Shown here piece by piece: positions 28,598 through 37,404 of a DNA stretch of 39,816 nucleotides. A model generated the notes under the pieces. It was not told the DNA's origin, searched no databases, and saw nothing but the letters and a program-made list of their open reading frames with translations. Each line of letters begins with the position of its first letter. Position 1 is the first letter of the stretch. Source of the DNA: Pseudomonadota bacterium. Lineage in GTDB: Bacteria > Pseudomonadota > Gammaproteobacteria > JAKAQQ01. The position numbers and the translations under genes are program-made. Location of the stretch: positions 1 through 39,816 of the forward strand of contig DAHVLZ010000034.1 of the NCBI GenBank assembly GCA_027320085.1. The letters are read 5' to 3'.

Positions 28598-29278
28598 ATG
28601 TCAAAACATTTTGTCCTGAATGCCCAGGATCGTCGGGACGCAGGAAAAGGTGCGAGCCGCCGCCTGCGTCGCCACGGCCTGGTCCCGTCCATCTTGTACG
28701 GCGGGGGTGAAACGCCCCAGCCCCTCAGTCTCAGCGCCCATGAACTCGGACACCTGCTGGCCGATGAGGCCTTCTACTCCAGCATCCTCGAAATTCGCCT
28801 CGGCGGTCAGTCCCTCCAGGCCGTGCTCAAGGATCTCCAGCGTAATCCGGTCAAAGGGGATGCCACCCACGTGGATCTCCAGCGGGTCCGCTCAGACCAG
28901 CCGGTCCGGATGCACATCCCGTTGCACTTCAAGGGCGAAAGCGTGGCGGTCGGGGTCAAGCAGGGGGGCGGGGTGCTCTCCAAGAACCTGATCGAGGTCG
29001 AGGTGTCGTGCCTGCCCAAGGATCTTCCGGAATTCATCGAGGTCGACGTGAGCGCTCTCGAAATCGGACAAGCCATTCACCTCTCCCAGATCCCGCTACC
29101 CGAGAACGTGACCTTGGTCGAGCTGCAGCACGGTACCGAACATGACCTTCCGGTCGTGGCCGTCCACCATGCCCGCGTCACCCAGGCCAGCGAGGATGCC
29201 GAGGCCGCTCCTGTCAGCGCGGAGGTTCCGGTCATCGGAGAAGAGAAGGAAGGATCGCCCCCCCCATCGTCCGCCTGA
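28598..29278 (+). CDS. rplY: 50S ribosomal protein L25/Ctc (long form)
   Basis: GKGASRRLRR, VPSILYG, HVDLQRV, CLPKDLPEFIEVDVS. Confidence 0.96.
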   Translation: MSKHFVLNAQDRRDAGKGASRRLRRHGLVPSILYGGGETPQPLSLSAHELGHLLADEAFYSSILEIRLGGQSLQAVLKDLQRNPVKGDATHVDLQRVRSDQPVRMHIPLHFKGESVAVGVKQGGGVLSKNLIEVEVSCLPKDLPEFIEVDVSALEIGQAIHLSQIPLPENVTLVELQHGTEHDLPVVAVHHARVTQASEDAEAAPVSAEVPVIGEEKEGSPPPSSA

Positions 29279-29302
29279 GTGACCACCTCAGAAGCCCAGA
29301 CG

Positions 29303-29908
29303 ATGATTCCCCAGGCGATGGCAGCCCTGGGAAATCCCGGACGCGAATACCAGCTCAGCCGGCACAATGCCGGCTTCTGGTTCGCCGACCGGCTGGCCAA
29401 CACCGGTGCGACCCGGTTTCGTCCCGATCATCGCCTCGGCGGCGATTGGGCCCGTGTCGATATCTCCGGACACGAGATCCGGATCCTCAAGCCCATGACC
29501 TTCATGAACCAGAGTGGGGGTCCTGTGGGCGCGTTCTGCAGCTACTTCCGGATTCAGGTGGAGTCCCTGCTCGTGATCCATGACGATCTGGACCTGCCCG
29601 CAGGAACCGTTCGGCTCAAACGGGGCGGGGGACACGGCGGGCACAATGGCCTGCGCGACATCATCGCCCACTGCGGCAGCGGGTTCATGCGGCTCCGGAT
29701 CGGCATCGGCCGCCCCCCGCCCGGAGTCAACCCGGTCGACTACGTCCTCGCACGACCGGGTCCGGAGGACGAGTCGCTTCTCCTCGAGGCGGTGGAGTCC
29801 GGGATCAACCTGCTCCCCCTGCTTCTGGAAAAAGGCATGGAATCAGCCATGCAGGCCCTGCACACCCGGCATTCGCCCACCGGACCGGCCCCGGACTCCT
29901 CGCCATGA
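29303..29908 (+). CDS. pth: Peptidyl-tRNA hydrolase
   Basis: LGNPG, RHNAGF, KPMTFMN.SG, HDDLDL, GGHGGHNGLR; start could be GTG at 29279. Confidence 0.95.
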   Translation: MIPQAMAALGNPGREYQLSRHNAGFWFADRLANTGATRFRPDHRLGGDWARVDISGHEIRILKPMTFMNQSGGPVGAFCSYFRIQVESLLVIHDDLDLPAGTVRLKRGGGHGGHNGLRDIIAHCGSGFMRLRIGIGRPPPGVNPVDYVLARPGPEDESLLLEAVESGINLLPLLLEKGMESAMQALHTRHSPTGPAPDSSP

Positions 29909-31002
29909 GCCTCCGGGCCGGCATCGTGGGGCTCCCCAACGTCGGCAAGTCGACGCTGTATAACGCGCTCACCCACGCCGGGGTAGCCGCTGCCAACTAT
30001 CCCTTCTGCACCATCGATCCCAACATCGGCGTGATCCCTGTCCCGGACCCCCGTCTGGATGCGTTGGCTCGCCTTGTCCATCCGGAACGGATCATTCCCG
30101 CCACCGTTGAATGCGTCGACATCGCGGGACTCGTCGCCGGGGCCTCCCGGGGCGAGGGGCTCGGCAACCAGTTTCTGGCCCATATCCGCGAAACCGATGC
30201 CATCATCGAGGTCGTCCGCTGCTTCGAATCTGAAACCGTGATTCACGTTGCCGGCAAGGTCGATCCGCTGTCGGACATCGCCGTCATCGAGACCGAGCTC
30301 GCCCTGGCGGATCTCGCGACGGTCGAGCGGGCACTCGCCCGGGCCCAGTCCCAGGCCAAGTCCGGAAACCGGGAGGCACAGGAGCGGGCCGCATTGTTCG
30401 AACGCGTCAGGAAACGCCTCGACGAAGGGGGCTGGGTACGGACAGTCGATCTCAGCGAAGCCGAACAGCGGGAAGTCCGCTCTCTCCAGCTGCTCACCCA
30501 CAAACCGGTGCTTTACCTGGCCAACGTCGGTGAGGACCGGACCCGGCCCCAGGTCCGTGCCTGGATGGAAATGCTCGAAAACCATACCCACGCCCAAGGT
30601 GCCCGGCTCGTCGCCATCTCCACACAGATCGAAAATGAGCTGGCCGAACTATCTTTCGATGAGCAACGGACGTTTCTGGCCGAACTGGGTTATGACGAGC
30701 CCGGGCTCAACCGCCTGATCCGCGCCATCTATGAACTGCTGGGCCTCGAAACCTTCTTCACGGCCGGACCTAAGGAGGTGCGCGCCTGGACCCTCCCGCG
30801 GGGGACCCTGGCGCCCCAGGCAGCGGGTGTGATCCATTCAGACTTCGAGCGGGGGTTCATCTCGGCCGAGGTGGTCTCCTACGAGGATTTCTTGTCCTCG
30901 GGCAGTGAATCCGCAGCACGGGCAGCCGGGAAGCTCCGCCTCGAAGGCCGGGATTACATCGTCCGTGATGGCGATGTCATCCATTTTCGCTTCAACGTCT
31001 AA
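29905..31002 (+). CDS. ychF: Redox-regulated ATPase YchF
   Basis: GIVGLPNVGKST, ANYPFCTIDPN, DIAGLV, C-terminal DGDVIHFRFNV. Confidence 0.97.
   Translation: MSLRAGIVGLPNVGKSTLYNALTHAGVAAANYPFCTIDPNIGVIPVPDPRLDALARLVHPERIIPATVECVDIAGLVAGASRGEGLGNQFLAHIRETDAIIEVVRCFESETVIHVAGKVDPLSDIAVIETELALADLATVERALARAQSQAKSGNREAQERAALFERVRKRLDEGGWVRTVDLSEAEQREVRSLQLLTHKPVLYLANVGEDRTRPQVRAWMEMLENHTHAQGARLVAISTQIENELAELSFDEQRTFLAELGYDEPGLNRLIRAIYELLGLETFFTAGPKEVRAWTLPRGTLAPQAAGVIHSDFERGFISAEVVSYEDFLSSGSESAARAAGKLRLEGRDYIVRDGDVIHFRFNV
30983..31002 (+). repeat. attL (3' end of ychF)
   Basis: ATTTTCGCTTCAACGTCTAA; shares the exact core AACGTCT (30994-31000) with 39547-39553. Confidence 0.75.
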
Positions 31003-31049
31003 ACTAAATCCACAATATCGTACCGCTTCACAAAGTATCAAAAATCAAA

Positions 31050-31062
31050 TAAAATATTGATA
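31050..31062 (-). promoter_or_regulatory. IHF consensus site
   Basis: Minus strand reads TATCAATATTTTA = WATCAANNNNTTR; lies between the att core and the arm repeats. Confidence 0.6.
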
Positions 31063-31101
31063 ATTCTATATTTTTAATATCACGACGCCTCACTAGCTTT
31101 C

Positions 31102-31130
31102 TTGCCATCTCATGTAAAACCGGGTATGAT
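31102..31130 (+). promoter_or_regulatory. Sigma70-type promoter of the integrase
   Basis: TTGCCA-N17-TATGAT. Confidence 0.6.
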
Positions 31131-31173
31131 ACCGGGTATGAGGTCAAAACCGGTAAAAGTAAAACCGGGTATG
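31119..31173 (+). repeat. Integrase arm-type direct repeats (left)
   Basis: ACCGGGTATG at 31119, 31131 and 31164. Confidence 0.75.
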
Positions 31174-31198
31174 CCTGAAAGAAGATCCGAGGAATGCC

Positions 31199-32473
31199 AT
31201 GCTAACAGACACCCAATGCCGAACCGCCAAGCCGAAGGAAAAGCCTCATAAGCTGGCTGATGGCAAGGGTTTGTATCTTGAAATCAAGCCAAACGGGGTG
31301 AAGGTATGGCGATATCGCTTTGAGATTCGAGAAGCCGGAAGGATCAAGGAAAGCACGTTTGCCATTGGCGATTACTGCACCGCCCCCCATGGCGAATCCC
31401 CAGAGGAAGCAAAGGCACGGCGGGATGGTGGTCGCTTCACACTGGCCGAAGCTCGGGACGAACGCACCAAGGCGCGGGCGCTGGTCAAGCGAGGCATCAA
31501 TCCCGCCCATAATCGGCAGCAAGGCCGGATCAAACGTGAGCTTGAGAATGCAACTACTTTCGACGCCGTGGCCCGTGAATGGCTGGCTTTGAAGGATTGG
31601 GAAGCCGTGACCAAGGCTCGGCGGCTGGACATGCTGGAGCGCGTGGTATTCCCGAAAATTGGTGCGCTGCCAGTCAAGAACATTACCTCGGCGCACATTC
31701 TGGAGGTTCTGAACACGGCGGCGAAGAAGAACGGGCGGACCGTGGCGGCTGAAGCCAGGCGCAGCATGTCAGGGGTATTTGAGCTAGCAGTATCCACCCT
31801 ACGGGCGGATACCGACCCGGTTTATCCGGTACGGAAGGCAATCCCGGCCAACAAGACCCAGCACAAACGACCCCTCGAAGCTGGAGAAATCGGGCAATTG
31901 ATGCGAGACGTGAAGGGACACGGCGGACGGCATGAAACCATCGCGGCCTTTCGCTTGATGTGGTTTACCCTTTGCCGCCCCAGAGAAGCTGCGGAGGCTC
32001 GATGGGCAGAATTCGACCTTGATGCTGCGGTGTGGCGTATCCCCGCCGAACGCATGAAAAAACGCAAAGAACACGCAATCCCATTGCCCAAGCAAGCTGT
32101 GCAAATTCTACGGGCGATGCATGGTATTACTGGGCATCATGCGCACGTTTTCCCAGGACAGAATGACCGACAAAAACCTATGGCTGTGGCTTCATTCCGC
32201 CAAATGCTCAATGTGCTGGGCTGGAGTGGCAAATATAGCCCCCATGCCACACGCACCACGGGCAGCACCCGCTTGAATGAAATGGGCTACCCGGCGGACT
32301 GGATCGAGCGGCAACTAGCCCATGTTGAACCCAATGCAGTGCGGCGTACATACAACCATGCCGAACACATGGTAAGCCGCATCAAGATGATGCAGCAATG
32401 GGCGGACATGCTGGATACATGGGAGAAGGGAGACGGCGCAAGGGTTGTTTCGCTGCATTCCACGGCAGCTTGA
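31199..32473 (+). CDS. P4-family tyrosine integrase
   Basis: MLTDTQCR..KLADGKGLYL arm-binding domain; catalytic R (LCRPRE), HATR, QLAH, RTYNH. Confidence 0.95.
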   Translation: MLTDTQCRTAKPKEKPHKLADGKGLYLEIKPNGVKVWRYRFEIREAGRIKESTFAIGDYCTAPHGESPEEAKARRDGGRFTLAEARDERTKARALVKRGINPAHNRQQGRIKRELENATTFDAVAREWLALKDWEAVTKARRLDMLERVVFPKIGALPVKNITSAHILEVLNTAAKKNGRTVAAEARRSMSGVFELAVSTLRADTDPVYPVRKAIPANKTQHKRPLEAGEIGQLMRDVKGHGGRHETIAAFRLMWFTLCRPREAAEARWAEFDLDAAVWRIPAERMKKRKEHAIPLPKQAVQILRAMHGITGHHAHVFPGQNDRQKPMAVASFRQMLNVLGWSGKYSPHATRTTGSTRLNEMGYPADWIERQLAHVEPNAVRRTYNHAEHMVSRIKMMQQWADMLDTWEKGDGARVVSLHSTAA

Positions 32474-32504
32474 TGAGGCATCAGGTATGGGAGGAAACAT
32501 CAAG

Positions 32505-33080
32505 ATGATAGCTGCTGATGCCAAAATTGATGATGCCGTACAGTTTGCCAAAGATTTTTTGAGCGGCCCTGTTCTCCACAATGACGTAATGACTTCATCT
32601 GCCCAAGGGCATGAGAACGTAACCAAGAGACTACGAATGTTTGATAAGCTCGTGACACGTGCTGCTGCGCAATCAGTTCCAATTCAGGCTCTCTTTCAAG
32701 ACACCAATGACTTTGATGCATTGGTAACGATTACTGCTGATGTCCTGTACGAGAACCAGAGAATGCCTGAATTTTTGGCTATCTTTGCAGCTGATGTTCT
32801 TTCCGGGAAATGTAAACGGCCCACCAAGCGGGGAGCAGACAAATACCGCAATTGGGCACGGGATTACACCCTCATGCGGGCTACCCAAGAGGTAGCAAAA
32901 GCCTTTAAACTGCCGCACTACACAAACAACGAGCTTTCGGCGAAAACTACGGCTGCGAAAATAGTCAGCGAGGCGGTAGATTGCAACCTCGACGTGGTAA
33001 TCACGGCCTACAAGAAAATGAGACGGTATAATCCCGAAAGCGCTACCTCAAGATGCGTGGAAATTCCGACCGACCAATAA
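32505..33080 (+). CDS. Hypothetical protein (island), possible C-terminal helix-turn-helix
   Basis: GGAGG RBS at 32490-32494 before ATG 32505; fills the space after int; no recognised family. Confidence 0.65.
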   Translation: MIAADAKIDDAVQFAKDFLSGPVLHNDVMTSSAQGHENVTKRLRMFDKLVTRAAAQSVPIQALFQDTNDFDALVTITADVLYENQRMPEFLAIFAADVLSGKCKRPTKRGADKYRNWARDYTLMRATQEVAKAFKLPHYTNNELSAKTTAAKIVSEAVDCNLDVVITAYKKMRRYNPESATSRCVEIPTDQ

Positions 33081-33136
33081 TGTAAGGAGGTACAAAGTGA
33101 TACTAAATTCTCAAATTTCCATAAGGAGAAATTCCC

Positions 33137-33373
33137 ATGTCTAAAGAGATCATCTGCCGAAATTGTGGATACCAAGGCAAAGCGAAGAAAACCTCCAAGG
33201 GAAGCATCTGGATCGAGATTGTCCTTTGGTGTTGCATCTTGTTACCTGGCCTCATTTATTCCATTTGGCGCCTCACCAGCAAGTACCTGGCTTGTCCCAA
33301 GTGTGGCTCGAAAGACCTGGTTCCTCTCGATTCACCAGTTGGGCAAAAGCTTCTCAAAGAGCAGTCCCATTGA
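33137..33373 (+). CDS. Small Zn-ribbon membrane protein (CxxC-hydrophobic hairpin-CxxC)
   Basis: AAGGAG RBS; CRNC...IWIEIVLWCCILLPGLIYSIW...CPKC. Confidence 0.75.
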   Translation: MSKEIICRNCGYQGKAKKTSKGSIWIEIVLWCCILLPGLIYSIWRLTSKYLACPKCGSKDLVPLDSPVGQKLLKEQSH

Positions 33374-33497
33374 AGGGCTAAAGAGAAAATCTTCTCGAAC
33401 TGACTGGGGGCAGAATAATCGCTTAAATTCCACCCCAAGATAACGGGGAAAGACTTGAGTATTGTTCGTGTCGCGCCACTTCAAGAGGTAACGCGAC

Positions 33498-33758
33498 ATG
33501 ACAAAGACTGTTTCCACCATTGGCGAACTGCCAGCAACGGGCTACGTTCGCCAATCCCAACTCATCGGCACCCCTGCCCGCAAAGCTGCCGCTAAACACG
33601 CACAGGTCGCCAAGTCGGGCATCCTGCCCTTTTCTTCCCCGACACTCTGGCGGATGGTGAAGGCAGGAAAATTCCCTGCCCCGGTCAAGCTGTCCGAGCG
33701 CGTAACAGCTTGGCGGGTAGAGGATGTTCGCGCTTGGATGCAGAGCCGCACGGCTTAA
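33498..33758 (+). CDS. alpA: AlpA-family regulator/excisionase
   Basis: LPATGYVRQSQL...LPFSSPTLWRMVKAGKFPAPVKLSERVTAWRVEDVRAW. Confidence 0.9.
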   Translation: MTKTVSTIGELPATGYVRQSQLIGTPARKAAAKHAQVAKSGILPFSSPTLWRMVKAGKFPAPVKLSERVTAWRVEDVRAWMQSRTA

Positions 33759-33770
33759 GAGGGACCGACC

Positions 33771-33959
33771 ATGACCCACAACGGGGGAAAAGCCTCTACG
33801 GGCTTCGGTATCCGTACGGCTTCAAAGAAGCTATCTGGCCGAAATCCTGGCATCCGCCCCCGCATCAAGGTAGCAATCGTGCGGCTAACCCTGTGGGGCG
33901 CGCTGTCGATAACTGTGGCGGAATGGCTGATCCAGCGCGGAGTGCTACAGAATGTCTGA
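33771..33959 (+). CDS. Small hypothetical protein
   Basis: GAGG RBS; sits between alpA and the primase and overlaps the primase start. Confidence 0.55.
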   Translation: MTHNGGKASTGFGIRTASKKLSGRNPGIRPRIKVAIVRLTLWGALSITVAEWLIQRGVLQNV

Positions 33960-36549
33960 CGCCATCCAACAATTCCGGGATGCTCTGGCCAGGCGCGGCA
34001 TTGTTCCTCCAGCTGACGTGCTGGCCGATGGTTTCATCCATCGCTGCGATGCGGAAGGCCAAGGTGGTAAGGGGGATGCAGCCTATCTGCTGCACGTGGA
34101 CGGCATCCCCGCCGGGGGCTTCGAGAATTGGCGCGACGGGCTAGGCTGGCAGAACTGGCGGGGAGACGCAGGGCGCCCCCCGACCCCTGCCGAGGAAGCG
34201 GCGTACCGGGCGAGGATAGAGACGGTACGACAGGAGCGTGAAGTCGAGGAAGCCAAACGCAAGGCGGAAGCGCGGGAAAAGGCTGGCCAACTCTGGGCAG
34301 AAGCCCACCCCTGCACCGGCCATGCCTACCTGACCCGCAAGGGTATTGCGGCCCATGGCGCACGGCTGTACCGGCAAAGCCTTGTGCTGCCGATCCGGGA
34401 TACGGCGGGGACGCTGCACTCGCTGCAATTCATCGGCGCAGATGGCGGGAAACGCTACCTGGGCGGCGGGCGCATTCGCGGCTGTTACTACGGCATCGGC
34501 AAGCCCGACGGACTGCTGTGCATAGCCGAGGGCTTTGCCACCGGTGCAAGCATCCATGAGGCGACGGGTTACGCGGTGGCGGTGGCATTCGACGCCGGCA
34601 ACCTGCAACCTGCGGCACAGGCGCTACGGGAGAAATTCCCCAGCCTGCGGTTGATCCTGTGTGCGGATGATGACTACCGCACGGAAGGCAATCCCGGTCT
34701 CTCGAAGGCGCGCGAGGCTGCGCTTGCGGTGGGTGGATTTCTAGCGGTGCCGGACTTCAGCAAGAACAGGCTTGAAGGCATGACCGACTTCAACGACTTG
34801 CACCAAGTGCAAGAGCGGGAAGCGGTGTCCCGTTGCATTGATGCTGCGCTGAATCTGGTAACAGACAACGCGGTGGGTGGATTTCTGGCGGTGCCGGACT
34901 CCGGTAAAATCCGACCCGATAACCCGATTGACTCCAGCGATCACCATCATGCGAATGGACTGGATGGATCAGACGCCGCAGGGAAAGCAATTGCGAAGAG
35001 ACCCGATGGGACGGAAGACCCGGCGGACGAGTTCGAATACCAGCGTCTCGCCCAACTTCCCAAGCCGGAATACGATCGGCAGCGGAAAGAGGCGGCGACA
35101 CGCTTGGGGATTCGGGTCATAACGCTGGATGAGGAGGTGGAAAAACGGCGGCCTACCCATTTGGGGGATGATCTACAGGGACAAGCCATGCTGTTTGAGG
35201 ACCCCGAGCCATGGGACGAAGCGGTTGCTGGGGTGGCCCTCTTGGGTGAAATCAAAAGCTTGGCTGAACAGTGCATCCACTTGCCGGATGGCGGAGGGAT
35301 CAAGCTGGCGCTCTGGACGGTGCTGACCTACCTGCTTGATTGGGTGGATTGCGCGCCACTCCTCGTGCTGGCCAGCCCCGAGAAACGGTGCGGAAAAACG
35401 ACGGTGCTGGTATTCCTGGACCGCCTGGTGAATCGCCCACTGGCGGCCTCCAACATTACCAGCGCAGCCATGTTTCGTGCAATAGAGCAATGGCAACCTA
35501 CGCTTCTGATCGATGAGGCCGACAGTTTCCTTCCGGACAACGAGGGACTTAGGGGGATTCTGAACTCCGGTCATACCCGGTCGACGGCCTACGTCATCCG
35601 CACCGTGGGGGAGGATTTCGAGCCCCGGCGATTCAGCACTTGGGGAGCCAAGGCCCTAGCAGCCATCGGTACCGTTCCTCCGACCATTCAGGACCGGTCC
35701 CTGGTGCTTCGTATGGAGCGGAAGTTCCCTACCGACAAGGTCAAGCGGATCCGGGAGATTGACCCCCCATCCTGGGAGCGCCTGCGCCGACAGCTCGCCC
35801 GCTGGGCTCTGGATCACGGGGAGGAAATCCGGAAAACGAAAGTGATCCTATCCGATGAGCTCAATGACCGGGAAAGGGACAATTGGGAGCCCCTGTTCCA
35901 GATTGCCTCTGTGGCCGGGGGCAGTTGGCTGGAAGAGGCCCGGCGGGTAGCCATCCAGTCCGACGGGAAAGAGCTCGAGAATGAGGGGGTTGGGATAGAG
36001 CTTCTGGGCAACATACGGGAGATCCTGGATCAGCTCCGGACGACGGATCCAGATATGGACCAGATCCCTACCGCGCAACTGGTCAGTGAACTTTGTGCCA
36101 ATGACACCTGGCGGTGGAATACATTTAACCAAGGTAAGCCTATCAATCCCCACCGACTGAGCCGCCTACTGGGGCACTTCAAAATCAGGCCGGGGACATT
36201 CCGTCAGGAGGAAAATGTCCTGCGGGGCTACCAGCTTGCGGACTTCGAGGATGTATTTTCCCGCTACCTACCCTTTTCAAACCGCAACAAGTGCAACAAT
36301 CCAATAGAATCAAAAAGTTATGACGAAAATGAAAGTGCTACAAAGTCCGAAGTGTTGCAGTTTGAAAATCCCCGGAAACCCGCACCAAATATGGATTGTA
36401 GCGAATGTAGCAGTTTGGAATCCCACTTGGAGGAGGGTGGCGATATCGAAGCTTTCGAGGAACGGGCAGCAATCATGGAGCTTGACGGCGGGATGTCCCG
36501 TGCCGAAGCGGAACGGCTGGCGGCGGAATCGCTGGGGAAGAGCACATGA
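33952..36549 (+). CDS. Toprim primase fused to a P-loop helicase (DUF3631-like C-terminal region)
   Basis: CIAEGFATG, CADDD, TDFNDL Toprim motifs; SPEKRCGKTT Walker A, LLIDEAD Walker B, DNWEPL. Confidence 0.88.
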   Translation: MSDAIQQFRDALARRGIVPPADVLADGFIHRCDAEGQGGKGDAAYLLHVDGIPAGGFENWRDGLGWQNWRGDAGRPPTPAEEAAYRARIETVRQEREVEEAKRKAEAREKAGQLWAEAHPCTGHAYLTRKGIAAHGARLYRQSLVLPIRDTAGTLHSLQFIGADGGKRYLGGGRIRGCYYGIGKPDGLLCIAEGFATGASIHEATGYAVAVAFDAGNLQPAAQALREKFPSLRLILCADDDYRTEGNPGLSKAREAALAVGGFLAVPDFSKNRLEGMTDFNDLHQVQEREAVSRCIDAALNLVTDNAVGGFLAVPDSGKIRPDNPIDSSDHHHANGLDGSDAAGKAIAKRPDGTEDPADEFEYQRLAQLPKPEYDRQRKEAATRLGIRVITLDEEVEKRRPTHLGDDLQGQAMLFEDPEPWDEAVAGVALLGEIKSLAEQCIHLPDGGGIKLALWTVLTYLLDWVDCAPLLVLASPEKRCGKTTVLVFLDRLVNRPLAASNITSAAMFRAIEQWQPTLLIDEADSFLPDNEGLRGILNSGHTRSTAYVIRTVGEDFEPRRFSTWGAKALAAIGTVPPTIQDRSLVLRMERKFPTDKVKRIREIDPPSWERLRRQLARWALDHGEEIRKTKVILSDELNDRERDNWEPLFQIASVAGGSWLEEARRVAIQSDGKELENEGVGIELLGNIREILDQLRTTDPDMDQIPTAQLVSELCANDTWRWNTFNQGKPINPHRLSRLLGHFKIRPGTFRQEENVLRGYQLADFEDVFSRYLPFSNRNKCNNPIESKSYDENESATKSEVLQFENPRKPAPNMDCSECSSLESHLEEGGDIEAFEERAAIMELDGGMSRAEAERLAAESLGKST
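34726..34900 (+). repeat. 31-bp direct repeat inside the primase gene
   Basis: GCGGTGGGTGGATTTCT(A/G)GCGGTGCCGGACT at 34726-34756 and 34870-34900. Confidence 0.9.
36284..36411. repeat. Iteron-like GCWACA/TGTWGC array with an IHF site (putative origin)
   Basis: GCAACA 36284 and 36293, GCTACA 36337; TGTTGC 36353, TGTAGC 36397 and 36406; AATCAAAAAGTTA 36308-36320. Confidence 0.55.
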
Positions 36550-36842
36550 GCCATTCCCTCAATATGCCCGCTTCCGGCGGAAATCATGAACTGGAACCCT
36601 ATGATGAACAAGGGAATCTTCCTGACCCCACCCCCTTGGCGAAAATCGACCTGCGGGACGCCCATGCGATCCGCCGCGAGATCGCTGCCGTGTACCGGGA
36701 CATGCGATCCGGGCGCATTGCCAGTCAGGACGGCACCCGCCTTGCCTATGTGCTGGACATAATCCGCAAAGCCCACGAAACGGCAGCGCTGCAAGAGCGT
36801 ATCGAACTGCTGGAATACACCATTCACCACCGGAAATGTTGA
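36546..36842 (+). CDS. Hypothetical protein (island)
   Basis: ATG overlaps the primase stop; helical IRREIAAVYRDMRSG...LAYVLDII. Confidence 0.7.
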   Translation: MSHSLNMPASGGNHELEPYDEQGNLPDPTPLAKIDLRDAHAIRREIAAVYRDMRSGRIASQDGTRLAYVLDIIRKAHETAALQERIELLEYTIHHRKC

Positions 36843-36844
36843 CC

Positions 36845-37354
36845 ATGAAACAAGACCGCATTGCCAAGCTGTACGAGGGACTGACCAACAAGGAACGGGC
36901 GGCACTGGCCTTCCGCTACCTGACTGAGGCTAACGCGCTTGAAGTGGAACGGGTGGCAGCGGCTGTCCCGCTAAAAGTCTATAAATGCCGGGACATGGAG
37001 TTTCGACGATGGTTGGACGCCTTTACTGACATGGCGGCACTTTGGTCCATTGAGCACTGGCAGACCTATTCCCGCAAGCTGGCCGCACAGGTGGAGCTAC
37101 ATGTCATGTTTGCAAACAAGGAAAAGGGAAAGGTGCGAGTCATGATAGAAGCGCATGAAAAATGGGAATCGCACTTGCTGGCTCTAGATCGTGCCTTGCT
37201 GGCGATCTGTCAGGAACACGGGATTGATCCTGATGCGGTACGTCGCATGGCCGGGGCTGATCCATTCGACCCTATGTATGCTCTGGAACCGGACGCGGAG
37301 TATCAGGCGACCATGCAAGCGAACCTGTCCCGATTGCTTGGAGGGAAGTGTTGA
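36845..37354 (+). CDS. Hypothetical protein (island)
   Basis: Follows the previous ORF directly (start 36836 or 36845); predicted helical; no recognised family. Confidence 0.65.
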   Translation: MKQDRIAKLYEGLTNKERAALAFRYLTEANALEVERVAAAVPLKVYKCRDMEFRRWLDAFTDMAALWSIEHWQTYSRKLAAQVELHVMFANKEKGKVRVMIEAHEKWESHLLALDRALLAICQEHGIDPDAVRRMAGADPFDPMYALEPDAEYQATMQANLSRLLGGKC

Positions 37355-37404
37355 TTGTTTACAGAAAACCCCTATAAGTGTTCTAGGAAACCTCTGATTA
37401 ATTC

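Noticed and set aside
31119-31173. Short repeats as a CRISPR array
   Set aside because: 10-bp units without unique 30-40 nt spacers and no cas genes; better explained as integrase arm sites
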